This document shows, in pieces, positions 47,748 through 56,914 of a DNA stretch of 64,000 nucleotides. Both the position numbers and the translations under genes were made by a program. The stretch is from Polyangiaceae bacterium (GTDB taxonomy: Bacteria > Myxococcota_A > Polyangia > Polyangiales > Polyangiaceae). Where the stretch lies: assembly GCA_035063585.1 (NCBI GenBank), contig JAPSGB010000015.1, positions 33,360 to 97,359 on the forward strand, given 5' to 3'. The notes under the pieces are model-generated. The model worked only from the letters and a program-made list of their open reading frames with translations, was not told the DNA's origin and searched no databases. Positions within the stretch are counted from its first letter, which is position 1; each line of letters opens with the position of its first letter.

Positions 47748-49289
47748 TCACACGTCGATCGACCACTCGGACCCGACGAGCGAGTCCTTCAAGACGACGC
47801 CGAGCGCGGCGAGCTCGTCGCGAATGGCGTCCGAGCGAGCAAAGTCCCGGTTTTTCCGAGCTAGCGCGCGCTCGTCCACCAGCCGATCGATGGCGTCTGC
47901 GGTGAGGCCACGAAGCCGCACCCGCCGCTCGCGCGTGCGGAGGCGGTACTCGGCGACCGGTGTCGAGAGCACGCCGAGCTCGCCTGCGAGCTTGCCCAGC
48001 GTGACCTCGACGAGCCGCGCGGCGACCGCAGCCGCGCCGACGAAGCTCGAGTCCTTCCGGCGCTTCAGCGCGAGATCCGCGACCTCGTTGGCGATCCGCG
48101 CGATCTCGCCGAGCGCCGCCAGCGCGACCGGCGTGTTGAGATCGTCGTCGAGCGCGGCGCGACCCTCCTCGAGCGCCTGGTTCGCCGCGTCGCGAAGCCG
48201 CGTGAGCTCGGGGGGAAGCTTGGCGGGGGCCGTCATGCTCGAGTCGAGGAGCTCGCGGAGCCGCTCGCGCGTGCGGACCATGTAGTCGACGCGACGCTCG
48301 GCCTCATCCACTCCCGGAAAGACGACCCGCCCGCTCTCGAGCTTCTCGGTGTCGAACTGGATCGGGCCGCGGTACTGCACGCCGAGCAAGAACCAGCGGA
48401 AGCCTTCCGCGTCATTTCGCGCGAGCACGTCCTCGACGGTCACGAAGTTTCCGAGCGACTTGCTCATCTTCTCCTTGTCCACGTTGACGAACCCGTTGTG
48501 CATCCAGATGCGCGCCATCGGGGTCGCCTCCGGGTGCGCGGCTTCGCTCTGAGCGATCTCGTTCTCGTGGTGCGGGAAGATGAGATCCATTCCGCCGGCG
48601 TGGATGTCGAAGCTCCGGCCCAGATAGTGAGAGCTCATCGCGGAACACTCGATGTGCCAGCCGGGCCGTCCGCGCCCCCACGGGCTGTCCCAGCCCCACT
48701 CGTCCGCGGTCCCGCCCTTCCACAGAGCAAAATCCAAGGGATCGCGCTTGCTCTCGCCCTTCTCGACGCGAGCGCCCACCATCAGATCGTCGATCTTGCG
48801 GCGTGAGAGCTTGCCGTAGTCCGGGAAGCTCCTCACCGAGAAGTACACGTCGCGGCGGCCGCCCGCGAGCTCGACCACGTAGGCGTGCTCCGAGGCCACG
48901 AGCTCGGTGATGAGCGCGAAGATGTCCTCCAGGTGCTCGCTGACCTTCGGCTCGTGGTCCGGCGCGAGGCAGCCGAGCTCCTTCATCTTTTCCTGATAGG
49001 CGGTGGCCATCCGACGCGAGAGCTCGAGCGGCTCCTCGCCGCGTTCGCGGGCGCGCGCGAGGATCTTGTCATCCACGTCGGTGATGTTGCGGACGTAGGT
49101 GACCTCGAGCCCCCGCGCGCGGAGATGGCGCACGAGCAGATCGGGCGCGAGCGCCGCGCGCGCGTGCCCGGCGTGGGGCAAGTCGTACACCGTGGGCCCG
49201 CAGCAGTAGATCCGCACCTTGCCGGGCTCCATGGGCGTTACCTCTTCCAGGGTGCGGGTGAGCGTGTTGTAGAGGCGCACGGTGGTCAT
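47748..49289 (-). CDS. cysS: cysteine--tRNA ligase
   Basis: 'CGPTVY..PHAGH', 'DFALWK', 'GRPGWHIECS', 'HHENE', 'KMSKS'. Confidence 0.97.
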   Translation of the reverse strand: MTTVRLYNTLTRTLEEVTPMEPGKVRIYCCGPTVYDLPHAGHARAALAPDLLVRHLRARGLEVTYVRNITDVDDKILARARERGEEPLELSRRMATAYQEKMKELGCLAPDHEPKVSEHLEDIFALITELVASEHAYVVELAGGRRDVYFSVRSFPDYGKLSRRKIDDLMVGARVEKGESKRDPLDFALWKGGTADEWGWDSPWGRGRPGWHIECSAMSSHYLGRSFDIHAGGMDLIFPHHENEIAQSEAAHPEATPMARIWMHNGFVNVDKEKMSKSLGNFVTVEDVLARNDAEGFRWFLLGVQYRGPIQFDTEKLESGRVVFPGVDEAERRVDYMVRTRERLRELLDSSMTAPAKLPPELTRLRDAANQALEEGRAALDDDLNTPVALAALGEIARIANEVADLALKRRKDSSFVGAAAVAARLVEVTLGKLAGELGVLSTPVAEYRLRTRERRVRLRGLTADAIDRLVDERALARKNRDFARSDAIRDELAALGVVLKDSLVGSEWSIDV

Positions 49290-49340
49290 CGGGGGGTCTC
49301 TCCCTATCCTCGCCGATCCGGCTCCGCAAGCGCGGCCGGT

Positions 49341-50099
49341 TCACCGATCGTTCGGAAACCAGGGATCCCGGTAGCGACCCGGGTCGCTCGCCCGCCTCGC
49401 GCCGCCCGGCGGGAGCCGCGGCGGCGGTCGCCAGCCCTCCCACGCGGGCGCCGGGCGCTTGCTTCGCCCCACCATCCAGAGCCGGATGGTGAGAAGGCCG
49501 GCGATGAAGCCGCCAATGTGCGCAAAAAACGCCACTCCGCCGAGCTGGTCCGCGCCGAGCGACCCGACCCCGCTCATCAGGTTCCAGAGGAACCACTCGC
49601 CCACCACCAGCCAAGCGGGAAAATCCAGCAGGAAGAATCCGAAGAACACCGTGACCGGCGCACGCGGGTAGAGCACGACGTAGGCGCCCAGCACGGCGGC
49701 GATGGCCCCCGAGGCGCCCACCATCGGGACGTGACTCCCCGGGTCGATGAGGAGCTGAGCTGCCGCCGCCAGGAGCCCCCCGAACAAGTAGAAGGCCGCA
49801 TAGCGGAGGTGCCCGATCGCGTCCTCGACGTTGTCGCCGAAGATCCAGAGAAACAGCATGTTGCCGGCGAGGTGGCCCCAGCTCCCATGCATGAACATGC
49901 TCGTGAACACCGTGAACGCCTCGCCGCCCGGGTCGGCGACGAGCCGCGCCGGCACCATCCCGTAAGCTGGGATCACCCAGCCCGCCCCCACCTGGATGAG
50001 CGAGTACTCCCAGAGCCAGGCGATGATGCACGCGGCGATGAGCGCATAGTTCACGACCGGCACGATGCTGCGCGGGTTGTGGTCGCGGATCGGGAGCAT
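49341..50099 (-). CDS. rhomboid intramembrane serine protease
   Basis: 'SMFMH...HLAGNM', 'GASGA', 'AHIGG'. Confidence 0.92.
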   Translation of the reverse strand: MLPIRDHNPRSIVPVVNYALIAACIIAWLWEYSLIQVGAGWVIPAYGMVPARLVADPGGEAFTVFTSMFMHGSWGHLAGNMLFLWIFGDNVEDAIGHLRYAAFYLFGGLLAAAAQLLIDPGSHVPMVGASGAIAAVLGAYVVLYPRAPVTVFFGFFLLDFPAWLVVGEWFLWNLMSGVGSLGADQLGGVAFFAHIGGFIAGLLTIRLWMVGRSKRPAPAWEGWRPPPRLPPGGARRASDPGRYRDPWFPNDR

Positions 50100-50240
50100 G
50101 CGGTTCCTCAATCTAATGACGAACGCCGCTCGGCGCGACCGCCTCGGCGGCTCGAAGCGCGCCCGGGGCCCGACCGACCCGAGCCGGGGCGCGGGCGCGC
50201 GGCCCACGCGGGTCACGGCATGCTAGGTTGGCCCGCGGGC

Positions 50241-50759
50241 ATGAGCGGCTTTACACGAGCACGCCGGGCGGTCACCACGATCTTGCTCACGCTGTCGACC
50301 GCATGCGGCGGCGCCTCCTTCGACGGGCGCGTCTTCCGCGGGGACGGCCTGGCGTTCCGCGTCGGGGACGTGCCTGGCGGGTGGCGTCAGATCGACGCCG
50401 AGGGTGCGCTCCTCGCCTTCCGCGACGACGCCGCCGAGGCGACCATCGCGCTGAACGGTCGCTGCGGGAAGGACGGCGACGACGTGCCGCTCGCCGCCCT
50501 GACCCACCACCTCTTCATCTACTTCACCGAGCGCCAGCTCATCGCCGAGCGCGAGCTCACCCTGGACGGGCGTGCCGCGCTCCGCACCGAGCTCGTGGCG
50601 AGTCTCGACGGTGTCCCCAAGCGCTTCACGGTCTACGTCCTCAAGAAGGACGGCTGCGTCTACGACTTCATGCGCGTGGCGGCGGTCGGCGCGCCGGCCG
50701 CGAGCGGGCAGGATTTCGAGCGTTTCGTCCAAGGTTTTGCCACCGTGAGCGAGCCATGA
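50241..50759 (+). CDS. lipoprotein, hypothetical
   Basis: Lipobox STAC, 'LDGRAA...LDGVP...KKDGCVYDF'. Confidence 0.75.
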   Translation: MSGFTRARRAVTTILLTLSTACGGASFDGRVFRGDGLAFRVGDVPGGWRQIDAEGALLAFRDDAAEATIALNGRCGKDGDDVPLAALTHHLFIYFTERQLIAERELTLDGRAALRTELVASLDGVPKRFTVYVLKKDGCVYDFMRVAAVGAPAASGQDFERFVQGFATVSEP

Positions 50760-51598
50760 CGGTCGACGGACCGCCAAGCCAAGGGCGCCCGAGCCTCGCT
50801 CCGCCACCAGAGCCCAAGCTCTTGGTCCGCCTCGGCAAGCGGACCAACGATTTCCTGAGCCAGCTCGGGATGGTGACCGAGATGACCCTCGGGACGCTGC
50901 GGCAGGGGTTCAAGCGTCCGTTCGAGGGCCGCGCCATCGTGCAGCAACTCGAGTCGCTGGGCGTCGCCTCGCTCGGCATCGTCACCGTCACCAGCGTCTT
51001 CATCGGCATGGTGATGGCGACCCAGTTCGCCTTCGGTCTCCGCAAGTTCGGCGGCATGGAATACACCGGGCGCGTGGTGGGGCTCAGCTTCGCGCGCGAG
51101 CTGGCGCCGACTCTGACCGCGGTGATCGTGGGCGGACGGATCAGCGCCGGCATGGCCGCCGAGGTCGGGTCGATGGCGGTCACCGAGCAGATCGACGCAG
51201 TCCGCGCGCTCGGCGCCAACCCCTTGAAGAAGCTGGTCTGGCCGCGCCTGGTCGCCGCGGTCATCGTGATGCCCATCCTGGCCGCCTTCGCGCTGGTCCT
51301 CGGCTTCGGCGGCGCCATGCTGATCACCGACCTCCAGTTCAACATCCCCGCCGACTTCTTCCTCCGGAGCGCGCTCGGCACCGTCACCATGATGGACTTC
51401 ATGAGCGGCATGATGAAGACGCCGTTCTTCGGGGCCATCATCGCCCTGGTCGGCTGCCACTTCGGCATGACTACCCGCGGCGGCACCGCGGGCGTCGGCA
51501 ACAGCACCACGCGAACCGTGGTCGTGGTCTCGATCACCATCTTGATCGCGGACTTCTTCCTGACAAAACTCGCCATCTTGCTCTGGCCTGCGGTCTGA
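50756..51598 (+). CDS. mlaE: MlaE-family ABC permease
   Basis: 'RELAPTL...GGR..AGMAAEVGSMAVTEQIDAVRALG.NP...PR...GGTAGVG..TT'. Confidence 0.92.
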   Translation: MTVDGPPSQGRPSLAPPPEPKLLVRLGKRTNDFLSQLGMVTEMTLGTLRQGFKRPFEGRAIVQQLESLGVASLGIVTVTSVFIGMVMATQFAFGLRKFGGMEYTGRVVGLSFARELAPTLTAVIVGGRISAGMAAEVGSMAVTEQIDAVRALGANPLKKLVWPRLVAAVIVMPILAAFALVLGFGGAMLITDLQFNIPADFFLRSALGTVTMMDFMSGMMKTPFFGAIIALVGCHFGMTTRGGTAGVGNSTTRTVVVVSITILIADFFLTKLAILLWPAV

Positions 51599-51599
51599 C

Positions 51600-51944
51600 A
51601 TGACCCCCCTTCGCGCCTGCCTCGCCGCCTCCGTGGTCGCCCTGGCTCTCGGGGCCTGCGGCGACGAACCGATCGAAACGCCGCCGCCGTTCGTGGGCAG
51701 CCCGCCCGGCTCGCCGCGCACCTGCGCGGACCTCGCCGACGCCGGCGCGCTCGACGGGCTCTCGATCACGGTCGCCGGTGAGCGGGCGAGCTGCATCGCG
51801 GACGGCCTCCGTTGTCTGCTGCCGGAGGCGCTCCGGGCGCCGGAGGTGTGCGGGCCGGCGCGGGTCGTCGCCTGGTGCCGCGACCAGGCCTGGGTCCTCG
51901 GCTGCGGGGCGGAAGACGCCGGCGGGGACGCGGGCGACGACTGA
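51600..51944 (+). CDS. small Cys-rich lipoprotein
   Basis: Lipobox LGAC. Confidence 0.65.
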   Translation: MTPLRACLAASVVALALGACGDEPIETPPPFVGSPPGSPRTCADLADAGALDGLSITVAGERASCIADGLRCLLPEALRAPEVCGPARVVAWCRDQAWVLGCGAEDAGGDAGDD

Positions 51945-51972
51945 CTGACGTCGCCTGCGAGAGGGCGTCGGC

Positions 51973-52001
51973 TTGACCCATACGGATCCGCTTTCTAATC
52001 T
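51973..52001 (+). promoter_or_regulatory. sigma70-type promoter of the merR-family operon
   Basis: TTGACC-17 bp-TAATCT, 20 bp before a GTG with a GAGG RBS. Confidence 0.6.
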
Positions 52002-52020
52002 TGAAGAACGGGGTTTGAGG

Positions 52021-52545
52021 GTGACACGTCCGAGAGAGCCGAATGGGTCACGGGTCGCGCCCCGCCGCAAGGATCGACTGCTCACGACCGGGGACATGGC
52101 GCGGCTCAGCGCCAACACCCTCCGCACGGTCCGCTTCTACGAGGAGACGGGCATCATCTCGCCGGTCCAGCGCACCGACGGCGGCCATCGACTCTTCGAG
52201 GAGGGCGAGCTCCACAAGCTCAAGCTCATCTCCGAGATGCGCGCCGCGGACTTCTCGCTCGACGAGATCAAGGTGCTCATCGAGCTGAAGGACCACGCGA
52301 GCTCGGGCGCAGCCGCGTCAGACGAGATCGTCCACCGGCTTTCGTCCCAGATCGACTCCTTGACCGCGCGGATCTCGCTCCTCGAGCAGCTCCGCGCGGA
52401 GCTCGAGGCGACGCGCACGCTCCTCGACCGCTGTAAGACCTGCACGACCGACGCTCATTTCCCGAACGCCTGCAGCGAGTGCAAGAAGATGCCCGACGCC
52501 GAGCACGTCCCGAACGCCATGAGCGTTCTCTGGCGGATGCGATGA
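52021..52545 (+). CDS. MerR-family transcriptional regulator with Cys-rich tail
   Basis: 'TTGDMARL...LRTVRFYEETGII.P...GGHRLF', tail CxxC-x9-CxxC. Confidence 0.88.
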   Translation: MTRPREPNGSRVAPRRKDRLLTTGDMARLSANTLRTVRFYEETGIISPVQRTDGGHRLFEEGELHKLKLISEMRAADFSLDEIKVLIELKDHASSGAAASDEIVHRLSSQIDSLTARISLLEQLRAELEATRTLLDRCKTCTTDAHFPNACSECKKMPDAEHVPNAMSVLWRMR

Positions 52546-52985
52546 CCCAGGAAGACTCCCGAATCTTTACGATCGAAGAGGTCGAGGCGCTGATTCCGCG
52601 ACTGTCGCAGATCGTCGGGATGCAGCTACTCCAGCAAAGTGAGATCGAGCGCGCGCTCGGCGAGCTGGCGCGAGTCCTCGGCGAGCTCCCGGAGTCGCTC
52701 GAGCCGCGCGACTCCGATCCGCCCGAGGCGGCGCGCCTCAAGCGCGAGCTCGAGCGCCGCATGCTGCGCTACGAGTCCGGCTGGCACGAGGTCCGGCAAA
52801 TGGGCGCGCTCATCAAGGATCCGCAGATTGGCCTGCTCGACTTCTACGGCCACATCGACGGGCGGCTCGTGCACCTGTGCTGGCGCTACGGCGAAGATCG
52901 CCTCGGCTACTTCCACGATCTCGAGGCGGGCTACGCCGGCCGCCGGCCACTCCGCGGCGAGACGCGACGACGGCTGATGAACTGA
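52542..52985 (+). CDS. DUF2203-like protein
   Basis: 'FTIEEVEALIP...IKD...GLLDF...LCWRYGE...FH....GYAGRRPL'. Confidence 0.85.
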   Translation: MTQEDSRIFTIEEVEALIPRLSQIVGMQLLQQSEIERALGELARVLGELPESLEPRDSDPPEAARLKRELERRMLRYESGWHEVRQMGALIKDPQIGLLDFYGHIDGRLVHLCWRYGEDRLGYFHDLEAGYAGRRPLRGETRRRLMN

Positions 52986-53560
52986 TGACGCCAGATCGCG
53001 AGGCAGCCGAGCGCGCGGTGGCGGCGTTCCTCGAGGCGCTCGGCCTCTCCCCCGCGTCGGATCCGGAGCTGGCGGACACTCCGGCCCGCGTGACCGAGGC
53101 GTTCCTCGACGAGCTCCTCGTCGGTCGCAGCGTCGATCTCGGCGCGCTCTGCCGGGGCGGCACGCCGGCCGAGACCCACCAGGGCCTCGTGGTCGCCAAG
53201 GGCCTCGCCGTGACCACCGTGTGTCCGCACCACCTCCTGCCCGCGCTCGGCACCGCGGTGGTCGCCTATCATCCGGGCGAGCGCATGCTCGGCATCGGCA
53301 CCCTCGCCGAGCTGATGGATGCCGCCGCGCGGCGCCCCATCCTGCAAGAGCGCATCGGCGAAGCGGTGGTCGACGCGCTGATGACCCACGCCGGCGCGCG
53401 CGGCGCGTGGTGCCGGCTCGAGCTCAAGCACGGCTGCCTGAGCGCGCGCGGACCGCGCCAAGCCGGCGCGCTCGTGACGACCATCGCCAGCCGCGGCACC
53501 CTCGCCGGCGAGACGGGCTCGGCCGAGCTCGCGCTATCCCTCGGGGCGGGCGGGGGTTGA
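52985..53560 (+). CDS. folE: GTP cyclohydrolase I-like protein (divergent)
   Basis: 'DTPARV', 'CPHHLLP', 'LQERI', 'HGCLSARG'. Confidence 0.8.
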   Translation: MTPDREAAERAVAAFLEALGLSPASDPELADTPARVTEAFLDELLVGRSVDLGALCRGGTPAETHQGLVVAKGLAVTTVCPHHLLPALGTAVVAYHPGERMLGIGTLAELMDAAARRPILQERIGEAVVDALMTHAGARGAWCRLELKHGCLSARGPRQAGALVTTIASRGTLAGETGSAELALSLGAGGG

Positions 53561-54240
53561 GCGTCGCCGTCGTCACGGGCGCCAGCCGCGGCATCGGCCG
53601 CGCGACGGCGCTCGGGCTCGCGCGGCGCGGGGCGGACCTCGCGCTCGTCGGCCGCCCCTCGCCGGCGCTCCACGAGACGCTGCGAGCGCTCAGCGCGCAG
53701 GGCGTCCGCGCCGAGGCGTTCGAGACCGATCTCGCCGACCCCGAGCCGCTCGAGACGCTGGCCCGACGCGTGCTCGAGCGCTTCGGCACGCCTCACGCGC
53801 TCATCAACAACGCGGGCCTCATCGAGCGCGCGAGCGTCGAGGAGACGACCCCGGAAAGCTGGGACCGGCAGCTCGCGGTGAATCTTCGCGCCCCGTTCCT
53901 GCTCACGCGCGCCCTGCTCCCCGCCCTGCGGGCCGCCGGGCGCGGGCGCATCGTCAACGTCGGGAGCATCTCGGGCACGCTCGGCTGCGCGCGCGCGGCC
54001 GCGTACGCCGCCGCGAAATGGGGCCTCATCGGCCTCACCAAGAGCCTGGCCGAGGAGCTCACGGACACCGGCGTCAGCGTGGTCGCCGTGCTGCCCGGCT
54101 CGGTCGACACGGGGATGCTCGAGGGCAGCGGCTTCGAGCCGCGCATGACCCCGGAAGAGGTGGCGAGCACGCTCGTCCATTTCGCGCTCGACGCGCCGCT
54201 CGCCCACAACGGCGGGGTCATCGAGATGTTCGGAACCTGA
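53557..54240 (+). CDS. SDR-family oxidoreductase
   Basis: 'TGASRGIG', 'NNAG', 'YAAAK'. Confidence 0.92.
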   Translation: MSVAVVTGASRGIGRATALGLARRGADLALVGRPSPALHETLRALSAQGVRAEAFETDLADPEPLETLARRVLERFGTPHALINNAGLIERASVEETTPESWDRQLAVNLRAPFLLTRALLPALRAAGRGRIVNVGSISGTLGCARAAAYAAAKWGLIGLTKSLAEELTDTGVSVVAVLPGSVDTGMLEGSGFEPRMTPEEVASTLVHFALDAPLAHNGGVIEMFGT

Positions 54241-54247
54241 CCCGGCC

Positions 54248-54895
54248 ATGCCCACGCTCCGCTACCGCCCCGGCGACGTGATCGAGCCGCTCGCGCTGTT
54301 TCCGCTCCCCGAGGTGGTGCTCTTCCCGGGCGCGTTGCTCCCGCTCCATGTCTTCGAGCCGCGCTATCGCGCGATGACGGAACACGTCCTCCGCGGCTCG
54401 CGCCAGCTCTCGGTCGTGCTCACCACCGGACACGCGCTCGGGGACGGCCCTCCCTCGCTGGCGCGCGTGGCCGGGCTCGGCGAGGTCATCGAGCACACGC
54501 GCCTCCCGGACGGCCGCTTCGACCTCGTCCTCCTCGGGCGAGCTCGCGTCGAGCTCGAGGAGCTCCCCTTCGTCGCGCCGTACCGGCGCGCTCGCGCGCG
54601 CGTCCTCGACGACGATCGCGGCCTCGCGAGCGAGGCGGAGATCGACGCGCTCCTCTTCAGCGCCGCGCACTTCGTCGCCGCGGTACGCCGCCACGGCCCG
54701 GGCTTCGACGTCGAGCTCCCGGCGCGCGCGGAGCCGGCCGCCCTCTGCGACGCCTGCGCGCATCACCTCATCATCGACGGCGACGACCGCCAGCGCCTGC
54801 TCGAGACGCTCGACGTGGGCGCGCGCCTCCGCCTCTGCGCGGAGCTGCTCGCGGTCCAGGCGGCCGGGCTCGCCGAGCGCGGCCCGCCGAGCTAG
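54248..54895 (+). CDS. LON peptidase substrate-binding domain protein
   Basis: 'LFPLPEVVLFPGALLPLHVFEPRYRAM'. Confidence 0.9.
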   Translation: MPTLRYRPGDVIEPLALFPLPEVVLFPGALLPLHVFEPRYRAMTEHVLRGSRQLSVVLTTGHALGDGPPSLARVAGLGEVIEHTRLPDGRFDLVLLGRARVELEELPFVAPYRRARARVLDDDRGLASEAEIDALLFSAAHFVAAVRRHGPGFDVELPARAEPAALCDACAHHLIIDGDDRQRLLETLDVGARLRLCAELLAVQAAGLAERGPPS

Positions 54896-54906
54896 TCGCG
54901 CAAAAA

Positions 54907-55006
54907 GGGAACGGGCCCGTCACACCCGCTGGTCTCTACCGCTGCTCCCTTCCGGGCCTGACGGGGTTCGAGCTGCGCTGTTGACGGGCCCATAACGGCC
55001 GATGCA
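54907..55006 (-). ncRNA. ffs: signal recognition particle (4.5S) RNA
   Basis: Minus strand has the domain IV motif GTCAGGCCCGGAAGGGAGCAGC inside a long stem (gggcccgtca...tgacgggccc) followed by a T-run. Ends approximate. Confidence 0.92.
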
Positions 55007-55012
55007 GGCCTC

Positions 55013-55041
55013 CTCGTAGCGCGGCGCTCCCCGGTTGTAAA
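55013..55041 (-). promoter_or_regulatory. putative ffs promoter
   Basis: TTTACA-17 bp-TACGAG on the minus strand just upstream of the SRP RNA. Confidence 0.5.
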
Positions 55042-55237
55042 GCGCCCGCCCCCGCCGCACGGCGCCCCGCGCGCTTCCGCGCCGCCCGAACCCCCTCCCT
55101 CCCGGAGACCCTCCTCGGACTCGAGGGCCGGTCCGGCGCGGCCGGCGGCGCAGACGGGAGCGCGGCCCCGCAAACCTCGACGAGCTCCGCGGTGGACGGC
55201 GCTCGTCCGACGTCGTCGCGCCGCCACGAGCGCGCCA

Positions 55238-56914
55238 CTATTCGAACCGCGCGTTGGCCGAGACGTCGAGGCGCGCCGGGTTCATCGAGGTCGAGATCCG
55301 AAGCGTCGAGAGCTCGAGGCGTACACCCTCGAAACCGAGCGCCGGCAGCTTCGCCAGCAGCTCGGAGCTCCCCCACGCGTACGCGCGCGGCCGCGCTCCC
55401 ATCCGGTCGCGCGCGAGCGGTAAGAGATCGGCGAGGCACGGGGTGAGGCGCGCGCGCCCACCCTCGAGCTCGACACAGTTCACGCGGACATCGGGCACCG
55501 TCGCCGAGAGCGTCACTGCGTCATGGTCGCTCGCGACGCCGAGGTCCACTCGTCCGTGCGCGACCACCGTCTTCGCACCCATAGCGCCGAGCGCCACGTC
55601 GCCGACCACGAACGGCAAGCCGCTGGCGTGGTCAGTCGAGGCAAACGTCGGCGGTAGACCGGGCCGGAGCCCCCTGAAATCGAAGGCAGCTTCCCGAACC
55701 TCGGTGGCGAGCCCTTCGAGCACCAACGGGGACGTGCCGAGCTGCCCGAGCCCACCGGATTGCCACAGGTAGAACATGAGCTGCTCGAGCGCATCGGCGT
55801 TCAAGGCGAGCGAGAGCGCGGCCGCCGGCGACGACGGGGCCTCGACCCTCGGCTGGTTCAGGGCGACGGGGCCGGGCACGGCGTCGTCCGTTCTCGGCGC
55901 TCCGACGCGGAGGCGCGCGCAGAGGGGTAGGGTGATCCCGCTCCGCGACACGGCGGGCTCCGCGGCGACCGCGACCATCAACTCGTCCTCGGGGCGTGAC
56001 GAGAACGGATGCAGCGGCTGCGTCAGCCTGGCCATACCGAGCGCGAGCTCACGCAAGGCTTCGTCCACCTTCTCGGTCGCCAACGCCTCGGCGCCCCTCG
56101 TAATCATCGAGTCCGCAGCGTCGCGCCCGACCCCGTCGCCGGCGATGACGCCCGCCATGACGCCGAGGGGTCCAAACAATCCTCCAAGGAGCCCGCCGAG
56201 GAGGGCGACCCGCTCACCCCCCTCCGCGAGGAGTCGGTTACGCAGCGGCCCTTCGAAGATCGGGGGAGCGAGCCTTCCGCTGCGGCTCACGGTGAGGATT
56301 CCATGGGCCGCGCCGAGCTTCACCGGGATGCGGCGGAGCGCGAATCTCGTCCCATCCGCGAACCGAAGCTCCAGCGAAAACGACACTCGCCCGGGACCCA
56401 AGCGAACCCCGAGCTCGACGCGTCGCAGCGCAGGCATCGGTACGTGGACATCGTATTCTGGGAAATCGAGGCTCGGCGGCAGCTTCTCGCGAAGGCGCCG
56501 CGTGAGCAGGGCGGCGAGCCCTCTGCCGGCGCCCGCGGTGTCGAAGAGCGCCGCGCCAGCGTGGACGCTATACCCGCAGACGAACTCGTCCTCGTCGATG
56601 AACGGCCCCACCAGCGTCGGCCACGTCACCTCCCGGTGGTACGCCGGACCATAATCGGCCGTCCACGTCGTGAGCTCGAGCCCGGGTTCGGCGGGGCCGA
56701 GAGCCCGCCTCACGACGGCGCGAGCCGGAGCGACGCTCACCGCGGGAGACGCCAGAGATCGCAGCGGCGCGACGCTGAAGCGGCGCTCGGCCGGGACTTC
56801 GACCATCAGGTCGTCCCGACCCGAGGTACCCGCGACGAGCACGGGCAGCGCCAGGAGGCCGAGCCCGCTCAGTCCGAGCCCGAGCAGCGTAGAGTAGCGC
56901 CTACTCAAGGCCAC
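55238..56914 (-). CDS. membrane-anchored hypothetical protein, possibly TULIP/BPI-like lipid binding
   Basis: N-terminal anchor, glycine zipper, and 'LSLALNADALEQLMFYLWQSG' resembling the BPI/LBP C-domain helix. Confidence 0.65.
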   Translation of the reverse strand: MALSRRYSTLLGLGLSGLGLLALPVLVAGTSGRDDLMVEVPAERRFSVAPLRSLASPAVSVAPARAVVRRALGPAEPGLELTTWTADYGPAYHREVTWPTLVGPFIDEDEFVCGYSVHAGAALFDTAGAGRGLAALLTRRLREKLPPSLDFPEYDVHVPMPALRRVELGVRLGPGRVSFSLELRFADGTRFALRRIPVKLGAAHGILTVSRSGRLAPPIFEGPLRNRLLAEGGERVALLGGLLGGLFGPLGVMAGVIAGDGVGRDAADSMITRGAEALATEKVDEALRELALGMARLTQPLHPFSSRPEDELMVAVAAEPAVSRSGITLPLCARLRVGAPRTDDAVPGPVALNQPRVEAPSSPAAALSLALNADALEQLMFYLWQSGGLGQLGTSPLVLEGLATEVREAAFDFRGLRPGLPPTFASTDHASGLPFVVGDVALGAMGAKTVVAHGRVDLGVASDHDAVTLSATVPDVRVNCVELEGGRARLTPCLADLLPLARDRMGARPRAYAWGSSELLAKLPALGFEGVRLELSTLRISTSMNPARLDVSANARFE

